Shown here: in pieces, positions 57,121 to 64,000 of the stretch
Layout: the number at the start of each line of letters is the position of its first letter
How positions within the stretch are numbered: the first letter of the stretch is position 1
NCBI GenBank assembly: GCA_963826115.1
Contig: CAWGVS010000005.1
Span: 224,001 to 288,000, forward strand
Origin: an uncultured Candidatus Rokubacteria bacterium
GTDB lineage: Bacteria > Methylomirabilota > Methylomirabilia > Rokubacteriales > DASRDR01
Reading direction: 5' to 3'
DNA length: 64,000 nucleotides
Position numbers and translations under genes: made by a program
Notes under the pieces: generated by a model
What the model saw: only the letters and a program-made list of their open reading frames with translations
Database searches by the model: none
Told to the model about the DNA's origin: nothing

Positions 57121-59120
57121 GGAGCCGGTACTCCCGCTGGGACGGCTCCCAGTCGCTTCCCGACTTCGACGCCGACGACCTCCTGGCGGCGATGGCGGAC
57201 GACCTGGTCGCCGACGGGGACTTTCGCCGCGCCCTCGAACGGCTCCTCCGTCAGGGCTTCCGCACGCGGGACGGCGAGCAGGTTCCGGGCCTGAAGGACC
57301 TCCTCGAGCGCCTCCGCCGCCAGCGCCAGTCACTGCTCGACCGCCACGACCTGGGCGACGTTCTCGGCGAACTCCGGAAACAGCTGCAGGACGTGCTCGA
57401 TACCGAGCGGCAAGGTATCGATCGCCGCGTCGAGCGCGCGCGGCAGGGTGCCAAGGACGGCCAGCCCGAGGCCGAGGCCCACCGCCAGGAGCTCGAGCGG
57501 ATCGCCGGCGAGCGCCGCGCGGCGCTGGACGCCTTGCCGGAGGATTTGGGCGGCGCGGTCCGGGGGCTCCAGGACTACCAGTTCGTCGACCCCGAGGCCT
57601 GGCAGAAGTTCCAGGAGTTGATGCTCCGGCTCCGCCAGGAGATGACGCAGAGCCTGTTCGGCCAGCTGAAGCAGGGCATGGAAGGGTTCGGCTCCCAGGG
57701 GAGCGAGGGGCTCCGCCAGATGCTGAGCGATCTCAACCGGATGCTCCGCCAGCAGGCGGCGGGCGGCCAGCCCGACGTCCAGGGGTTCATGAATCGCTGG
57801 GGGCAGATGTTCCCGGGCGTTGAGAGCCTCGACCAGCTGCTCGAGCAGATCGCGCGACAGTCGGCGCAGATGCAGTCCTTGCTGGAGAGCCTGACCCCCG
57901 AGCAGCGGCGGGAGCTCGAGGCCCTACAGCAGGAGATCCTCGGCGACCCCGGCATGCAGGAGGCGCTCGCGGAGCTGGGCGAGCATCTCGATCGCCTGGG
58001 GCTCGGCCAGCGCACGCGGCGGTACCGCGCGCAGGGCGAGACGCCGCTCTCCCTCCAGGAGGCTCTCCGGCTGATGGGAGAGCTCCATGGGCTCGACCGG
58101 CTGGAAGAGGACCTACGGGACGCGGAGCGCACGGGCCGCGCGGACCGCGTCGATCCCGCCGCGGTGCGGGAGGCGCTCGGCGAGCAGGCGGCCCAGGAGG
58201 CGGAGGCGCTCCGGCGCCTCGCCGAGAAGCTCAAGGACGCCGGCTATCTCGAGCAGCGAGGGCGCCAGTGGGCGCTCACCCCGCAGGCGATCCGCAAGAT
58301 CGCGCAGCGCGCGCTCGCCGAGGTGCTCGGCCAGCTCCGGCGCGACCGTCCCGGGCGCCATCGCGTCGACGCTCGCGGGGCCGGCGGCGACCCGACGGAC
58401 GAGAGCAAGGCGTACGAGTTCGGGGATCCCTTCCTTCTGGACCTCCGCGAGACGCTGGGCGCGGCCGTGCGGCGCCAGGGGCCGGGGGTCCCGGTCCGCC
58501 TGGAGCCGGGCGACTTCGCCGTCCGGCGCACGGAGCTCTCCACGCGGTGCGCGACCGCGCTCCTCCTCGACATGAGTCGCTCGATGATCTACCGCGGCTG
58601 CTGGACCTCGGCGAAGAAGGTGGCGCTCGCCCTCCACGCTCTCATCCGGGCCCAGTACCCGCAGGACGCGCTCTACGTGATCGGGTTCTCCCTCTACGCC
58701 CGGGAGATCGACGCGGACGAGCTGCCCTCGGTGGTCCTCACCGACCGCCACTACGGGACGAACATGCAGCACGCCCTCCAGCTGGCGCGGCGGCTCCTCG
58801 GCCGCCACCGCGGCGGGAACCGCCAGGTGGTGATGATCACCGACGGCGAGCCGACCGCCCACCTCGAGGGCAGCGAGGCGTACTTCGACTATCCGACCAC
58901 GCGGCGGACGTGGCAGCTCACGCAGGCCGAGGTGCTGCGCTGCGCCCGCGAGGGCGTCACCATCAACACGTTCATGCTCGAGGACAGCCCGGGGCTGGTC
59001 CGCTTCGTCAGCGAGATGTCGCGGATCAACCGGGGGCGCGCGTTCTTCGTCCAGCCGGACCGGCTGGGCGAGTACGTCCTCGTGGACTACCTCGCCCGGA
59101 AGCAGAAACGCGTCGGGTGA
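57117..59120 (+). CDS. VWA-domain protein, partner of the AAA+ ATPase
   Basis: YSRWDGSQ start, MIDAS DMSRSM, TNMQHAL, ITDGEPT. Confidence 0.88.
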   Translation: MRSRYSRWDGSQSLPDFDADDLLAAMADDLVADGDFRRALERLLRQGFRTRDGEQVPGLKDLLERLRRQRQSLLDRHDLGDVLGELRKQLQDVLDTERQGIDRRVERARQGAKDGQPEAEAHRQELERIAGERRAALDALPEDLGGAVRGLQDYQFVDPEAWQKFQELMLRLRQEMTQSLFGQLKQGMEGFGSQGSEGLRQMLSDLNRMLRQQAAGGQPDVQGFMNRWGQMFPGVESLDQLLEQIARQSAQMQSLLESLTPEQRRELEALQQEILGDPGMQEALAELGEHLDRLGLGQRTRRYRAQGETPLSLQEALRLMGELHGLDRLEEDLRDAERTGRADRVDPAAVREALGEQAAQEAEALRRLAEKLKDAGYLEQRGRQWALTPQAIRKIAQRALAEVLGQLRRDRPGRHRVDARGAGGDPTDESKAYEFGDPFLLDLRETLGAAVRRQGPGVPVRLEPGDFAVRRTELSTRCATALLLDMSRSMIYRGCWTSAKKVALALHALIRAQYPQDALYVIGFSLYAREIDADELPSVVLTDRHYGTNMQHALQLARRLLGRHRGGNRQVVMITDGEPTAHLEGSEAYFDYPTTRRTWQLTQAEVLRCAREGVTINTFMLEDSPGLVRFVSEMSRINRGRAFFVQPDRLGEYVLVDYLARKQKRVG

Positions 59121-60322
59121 CGGGCGCGCCCGGCCTCCAGGCCCTCCTCGACGAGGGGGCCGCGACGGGGGTCTTCCCGTGCGCCACGGCCGTGGTGCTC
59201 CACCGGGGCCGCCGGGTCTTCGAGGGGGCGGCGGGCGGCGCGACGCTCGACACGGTCTTCGACCTCGCGTCGCTGACGAAGATCATGGCCACGACCGGCG
59301 CGTTCCTGGCGCTGTGGCGCGATCGTGCCCTTCTTCCCGAAACTCCCGTCGCGCGCGTCCTCCCGGAGGCGGTGGTCGGCCGCGCCGGCGCCACGGTGGC
59401 CGATCTCCTCGCCCATCGCGCAGGAGTGCCGGCGTTCCTGCCGCTGTTCGCGCCGATCGTGCGCGCGACGCCCGCGCTGCTCGAGCCTGATTGCCCGGCG
59501 CGGGTCCGCGCCGCCGCGCGGGCCGAGGTGGTGGCGCGAGCGCTCGCCGTCGCCGCGACGGTCGCGCCCGGAACGCGCTACGAGTACAGCGACCTGGGCT
59601 TCATCCTGCTCGGCGAGATCCTGGAGCGGATCGCGCAGCGCCCCCTGGAGGCCCTCGTCACCGAGCGCGTGGCGAGACCGCTCGGCGTCGGCGCGCGCTT
59701 CCACCGCATCTCCGCCCGGAACACGTGGGCGCCCTCGGCCGACGGGGGAGCTGAGCCTCGCCGAGGACTCGCCGTCGCGCCGACCGGACGAACGCGTCCT
59801 CGGGAGCCGGCGCCGGGGCAGGAGGGGCTCTGGGAGCTCTTTGCGCCGCATCCATCGCCGCCGGGCGAGGTCGACGACGATAACGCCTGGGTCATGGACG
59901 GCGTTGCGGGCCACGCTGGCCTGTTCGGCACGGCGGCCGACGCCGCGGCGTTCGGCCAGGTCGTCCTGGACGACCACGCGGGCGCCGGGCGCCTGGCCGC
60001 GGTCGACCAGTGGGCGGCGGCGCTCCGCCGCGACACGGCGACCCCTGGCAGCCCGTGCGGTCTCGGCTTCCAGACCCGCCTTCCGGGCGACCCGGTCGGC
60101 GAGAGCTCGGCGGGGCGGCTCGTGGGCACGGTGCCGCCGGGGGCGGTCGGCCACGTCGGGTTCACCGGGACGAGCCTCTGGGTCGATCTTGGACGGAGCC
60201 TGGTGGTGGCGCTCTGCACGAACCGGGTCGCGGGGTCGCGCGGCCGCGCCGAGGTCAGGATTCGCGACTTCCGCCCGCGATTTCACGATGCCGCGGTGGC
60301 AGCCGTCGAGGACGCACGCTAG
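59117..60322 (+). CDS. Serine hydrolase, beta-lactamase-like family
   Basis: FDLASLTK (SxxK), YSDLG, GHAGLF, GHVGFTGT. Confidence 0.88.
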   Translation: MTGAPGLQALLDEGAATGVFPCATAVVLHRGRRVFEGAAGGATLDTVFDLASLTKIMATTGAFLALWRDRALLPETPVARVLPEAVVGRAGATVADLLAHRAGVPAFLPLFAPIVRATPALLEPDCPARVRAAARAEVVARALAVAATVAPGTRYEYSDLGFILLGEILERIAQRPLEALVTERVARPLGVGARFHRISARNTWAPSADGGAEPRRGLAVAPTGRTRPREPAPGQEGLWELFAPHPSPPGEVDDDNAWVMDGVAGHAGLFGTAADAAAFGQVVLDDHAGAGRLAAVDQWAAALRRDTATPGSPCGLGFQTRLPGDPVGESSAGRLVGTVPPGAVGHVGFTGTSLWVDLGRSLVVALCTNRVAGSRGRAEVRIRDFRPRFHDAAVAAVEDAR

Positions 60323-60565
60323 CCGAGCGGCGCGCGTCGGCGTCTCCGCCGCCCTCGGCGATCGACCATCGTCACGGCCGCCACTCGTACTTGCGCGAGC
60401 GCAGATAGACGTCTGCGACGGCGTCGGCGAGCGTCGCCGCGCGCAGCAGGGGGCCGGCCATGGCTCCACCGATTGTGCCCTACCGGGTGAGCCGCAGCCG
60501 CGAGAGTAGAATGACCGTAGGGATTCAGCGCGGCGGTGACCGACTGCATCGAGACAGGAGGCAAC

Positions 60566-61192
60566 GTGACAGAGCCGGTGACGCTCCAGATCTTCTCCGA
60601 CTACGTCTGACCCTGGTGCTATCTCAGTACCGTGCGTATTGAGAAGCTCAGGACGGAGCACGGCGTCAAGATCGAGTGGGTGCACTTCCCGCTGCACGCG
60701 GATACGCCGGCGGAAGGCCGCGCGCTGGCGGATCTCTTCGCGGGGCGGAACGTCGATCTCCGCTCGATGCACGCGCAGATGAAGGCGCGCATGACCGCCG
60801 AGGGGCTGCCCTACGGGGAGCGCACCATGACCTACAACAGCCGGCTCGCGCAGGAGCTCGGCAAGTGGGCGGACACGCAGCCGGGTGGCGAGGCGATCCA
60901 CGACGCGATGTTTCGCGCCTACTTCGTGGACACCCGCGACATCTCGCGTCCCGAGGTGCTGCTCGAGATCGCCGAGGGCGTGGGGCTCTCGCGCGAGGCG
61001 GCCCGCGAGGTGCTGGAGCGGCGGACGTTCAAGGACGCGGTGGACGCGGACTGGGAGCTCTCGCGCCAGTACGGGATCAGCGGCGTGCCGACGTTCGTCG
61101 CGGGGCGCTTCGGCGTCGTCGGGGCCCAGCCGTACGAGACGCTGGAAGCGCTCGTGCGAAAGGCGGAGGCGAGCGGGGGCGCCGGGGGCTAG
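60566..61192 (+). CDS. DsbA/FrnE-like oxidoreductase, selenoprotein (Sec at codon 15, TGA 60608-60610)
   Basis: RBS AGGAGG + GTG; MTEPVTLQIFSDYV-U-PWCYLS; C-terminal GISGVPTF...GAQPYE; SECIS-like hairpin downstream. Confidence 0.88.
60622..60644 (+). promoter_or_regulatory. Bacterial SECIS-like stem-loop
   Basis: TCTCAGTAC-CGTGC-GTATTGAGA: 9-bp stem starting 11 nt after the UGA, GU in the apical loop. Confidence 0.7.
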
Positions 61193-61226
61193 CACGTGGC
61201 GCCCGCCGCGTCGGGCTTTCCGGGCG

Positions 61227-61538
61227 CTACGGCGTGAAGGTCTCCAGGATCTCGTAGTGCGCGACGGTCTTGTCGAAGTCGACCATCATCGCCTGGACCA
61301 CCTGCGGGACCACGGCGACGTCGCTCGTCTCGCCCGAGAACTGCCGGATCGCGTCCATCGTTGCCCACGTGGTGACGACTCGAAACTCGACGCCCGCCGC
61401 CACCTTGCGGTGCAGGATCGACGCCGACACGAATCCCGCCATGCGCGCGAACTTCGGGAAGATGTGGTCCTGGAGGTGACGGACGTAGTTGTCGGCCTCC
61501 GTCGCACGGGTCACGCCCCGCCAGTGCCTCGAGATCAT
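61227..61538 (-). CDS. Antibiotic biosynthesis monooxygenase-like protein
   Basis: MISRHWRG...GF...EFRVVTTW...AIRQFSG...HYE. Confidence 0.8.
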   Translation of the reverse strand: MISRHWRGVTRATEADNYVRHLQDHIFPKFARMAGFVSASILHRKVAAGVEFRVVTTWATMDAIRQFSGETSDVAVVPQVVQAMMVDFDKTVAHYEILETFTP

Positions 61539-61638
61539 CGCCGCCCCTCTCCCGGCCGCCCGCGCGGCCGCTGACCGTCCCGGCTACGGTACCCTATCGC
61601 CGCGTTCCACAACGAGCCAAGCCGACCCCGGAGGCGCC

Positions 61639-62613
61639 ATGCCCGACCCCGTCATCGTGATGCCGCCGAACCGGAACTTCGAGCCCGACGTCCTGGCGAT
61701 CGCGCGCCGGCTCTTGCCCCCGGGGTTCGAGCTTCGTCTGATCACGGCCGACGAGCTTGCGCCGGCCCTGCGTGACGCCGACTACCTCATGGGCTTCGTC
61801 GGGACCCTGGACGATGCGACCCTGGCGGGCGCCCGCCGGCTCCGGCTCATCCAGCTCCTCAGCGTCGGCTACGATCGCTTCAACCTGGCCGGCGCCCGTG
61901 CGGCGCGGATCCCGGTGGCGGTCAACGGAGGGGCCAACGCCATCGCGGTCGCCGAGCACGCGGTCATGCTCATGCTGGCGACGCTCCGGCACCTCATGGA
62001 CATGGACGCCAACGTGCGGGCCGGACGGTGGAGCGCGGGGGTGAAACGTCTCTACGAGCTGTGGAGCTCGACAGTCGGGATCGTGGGGATGGGGCGCATC
62101 GGCCAGGAGGTCGCGAAGCGGCTCGCGGGGTGGGGGGTGACGCTCGTCTACTTCGATCCGTTTCGGCTCCCGCCGGCGCGCGAGCAGGAGCTCGGCGTGT
62201 CCTTCCTGTCCCTGGAGGATCTCCTGGCCCGGTCGGACGTCGTGACCGTGCACGTCCCGCTGTCGAGCGCGACCCGCCACCTGATCGGCGGCGCGGCGCT
62301 CGCTCGCATGAAGCCCACCGCGGTGCTGGTCAACACGTCGCGTGGCGAGCTGGTGGACGAGGCGGCCCTGGCCGCTGCCCTGGACGGGGGACGGATCGGC
62401 GGGGCCGGGCTCGACGTCCTGTCCGCCGAGCCGCCGCCGGCCGACCATCCGCTGCTCCGGGCGCCCAACGTCGTCCTGACGCCGCACATGGCGGGGCCGA
62501 CCTGGCAGAGCTGGCCCCGGCGCTTCGGGAACGGCTACGCCAACATCGCGCGCGTCCAGCGGGGCGAGCCGCCCCAGTGGGTCGTTCCGGAACTCGCGGA
62601 TCTGATCCGCTGA
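61639..62613 (+). CDS. D-2-hydroxyacid dehydrogenase family protein
   Basis: AVAEH, GMGRIG, NTSRG, GAGLDV, TPHMAG. Confidence 0.92.
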   Translation: MPDPVIVMPPNRNFEPDVLAIARRLLPPGFELRLITADELAPALRDADYLMGFVGTLDDATLAGARRLRLIQLLSVGYDRFNLAGARAARIPVAVNGGANAIAVAEHAVMLMLATLRHLMDMDANVRAGRWSAGVKRLYELWSSTVGIVGMGRIGQEVAKRLAGWGVTLVYFDPFRLPPAREQELGVSFLSLEDLLARSDVVTVHVPLSSATRHLIGGAALARMKPTAVLVNTSRGELVDEAALAAALDGGRIGGAGLDVLSAEPPPADHPLLRAPNVVLTPHMAGPTWQSWPRRFGNGYANIARVQRGEPPQWVVPELADLIR

Positions 62614-62629
62614 GTGATACGCTCGGGAC

Positions 62630-64000
62630 GTGGCCACGGTGGACGACGGCCTCGTCCTGGATGACGTCGATCCCGCCACCATCCGGCGGGTCCACCTGGT
62701 CGGGGTCGCCGGGACCGGGATGGGGGCCTTCGCCGGGATGCTGAAGGCGGCGGGCCACGAGGTCACCGGCAGCGACCAGAACGTCTATCCCCCGATGAGC
62801 GACATGCTCCGCACCTGGGGGATTCCGGTGTTCACGCCCTACGACCCGGCGAACCTCGACCTCGTCAAGCCGGACCTGGTGGTCATCGGGAACGTGATCC
62901 GCCGGGTCAACCCGGAGGCGACCGAGGTGCGGACCCGGCGGCTCCCGCAGATGAGCTTCCCCGCGGCGCTCGGCGCGTTCTTCCTGGAGCGCCGCCACTC
63001 CGTCGTCGTGGCCGGGACCCACGGCAAGACCACCACGACCGCGCTTCTCGGGCACGTGCTGGTGGCCGCCGGGCGCGACCCGTCCTTCCTCGTGGGCGGC
63101 GTCGCCCGGAACTACGATTCGAGCTTCCGGCTCGGCGCGGGGCCCCATTTCGTGGTCGAGGGCGACGAGTACGACACCGCCTACTTCGACAAGGGGCCGA
63201 AGTTCCTCCACTACCGCCCGCGGACGGCCGTCCTCACGAGCGTCGAGTTCGACCACGCCGACATCTTCCGAGACCTCGACCACTACGAGGCGGCGTTCGA
63301 CCGGTTCGTGCGCATCCTCCCCGCTGACGGATGTCTCGCCGTGGGCGCCGCGTACCCGAACGCGGTGAGGATCGCGAAGGCGGCGGCCGCGCGCGTCGTC
63401 ACCTACGGCCTCGAGGTGGCCCCGGGCGTCGACTACGCCGCGGGGGACCTCACCCACGGGGCCGCGGGCGCGCGGTTCACGGTCTGGGAGCAGGGCCGGC
63501 GTCTCGGCGTGGCGACCCTGCCCGGTGGCGGCGCCCAGAACGTCGAGAACGCCCTCGGCGTGGTCGCCGCGACGCGGTCCCTCGGGCTAGGCTTCGAGGA
63601 GATCGCCGCGGGGCTGGGGACCTTTTCGGGGGTGAAGCGCCGCCAGGAGGTGCGCGGCGAGTCAGGCGGGGTGACCGTTCTGGACGACTTCGCCCACCAT
63701 CCGACCGCCGTCCGCGCGACGATCGCGGCGATCCAGGCGCGCTTCCCCGGCCGGCGCCTGTGGGCGGTGTTCGAGCCCCGGTCGAACACCAGCCGGCGCC
63801 GGATCCACCAGGACGAGTACGTCGAGGCGCTCGCGCTCGCCCCGCTGGTGGCGCTCCGGGTTCCGGAGCCCCACGACATGGTGCCCGCGGACCAGCGTCT
63901 CGACGCCGACCAGGTGGTCGCGGCGCTCCGGGCGCGCGGCGTGGACGCCCGCGCCGAGGCCGACGTGGACCAGCTGGTCCGCGTGGTGGCCGACGGCGCC
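62630..64000 (+). CDS. mpl: Murein peptide ligase (runs off the window edge; absent from the ORF track)
   Basis: Manual translation: VHLVGVAGTGMG, GSDQNVYPPMS, GTHGKTTT, EGDEYDTAYFDK, DDFAHHPT, FEPRSNT. Confidence 0.9.
   Translation, partial: MATVDDGLVLDDVDPATIRRVHLVGVAGTGMGAFAGMLKAAGHEVTGSDQNVYPPMSDMLRTWGIPVFTPYDPANLDLVKPDLVVIGNVIRRVNPEATEVRTRRLPQMSFPAALGAFFLERRHSVVVAGTHGKTTTTALLGHVLVAAGRDPSFLVGGVARNYDSSFRLGAGPHFVVEGDEYDTAYFDKGPKFLHYRPRTAVLTSVEFDHADIFRDLDHYEAAFDRFVRILPADGCLAVGAAYPNAVRIAKAAAARVVTYGLEVAPGVDYAAGDLTHGAAGARFTVWEQGRRLGVATLPGGGAQNVENALGVVAATRSLGLGFEEIAAGLGTFSGVKRRQEVRGESGGVTVLDDFAHHPTAVRATIAAIQARFPGRRLWAVFEPRSNTSRRRIHQDEYVEALALAPLVALRVPEPHDMVPADQRLDADQVVAALRARGVDARAEADVDQLVRVVADGA

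Noticed and set aside
56091-59120. 1009 aa VWA protein and other N-terminally extended ORFs in the track (gspF 869 aa, argC 651 aa, gspG 348 aa)
   Set aside because: The extensions are off-frame overlaps with neighbouring genes; the real starts sit at stop/start overlaps or RBS sites.
59117-60322. Bona fide beta-lactamase resistance gene
   Set aside because: It has only the general SxxK / YxD serine-hydrolase motifs, no signal peptide, and a housekeeping context.

Overview
Very GC-rich window from a diderm bacterium; the gene content (T2SS, LLM oxidoreductases, several amidases, solo ABC binding proteins) resembles Ca. Rokubacteria/Methylomirabilota, but that is inference only. It holds part of a type II secretion operon (gspE-F-G-H-I-J-K-L-M plus a truncated gspC-like gene), housekeeping and metabolic genes (aroQ, cobS, cobC-like, hslR, argC, degQ, mpl, AAA+/VWA pair, amidases, transporters), and a kinase/glycosyltransferase island at 38-45 kb. 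The main discovery is a putative new RiPP-type locus at 17.3-21.6 kb. Five tandem 43-47 aa precursor-like ORFs missed by the ORF track share the motif YEPPRVERVLTPAEIEREFRYAG and have variable Asp/Ser/Thr-containing tails. They are followed by a PqqD/RRE protein, an HPr-kinase-like P-loop protein and a radical SAM-nucleotidyltransferase fusion, with no lasso cyclase. Other highlights: a DsbA/FrnE-like selenoprotein (UxxC, in-frame TGA followed by a SECIS-like hairpin), a membrane-tethered ECF sigma factor, a Fur-family-like palindrome before a ZIP transporter, a 3x TCTCAT 11-bp-period box before degQ, and four +1 frameshifts that may be assembly errors. No rRNA, tRNA, CRISPR array or transposase was recognised. 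Many gene starts were re-called by hand from stop/start overlaps and RBS motifs.
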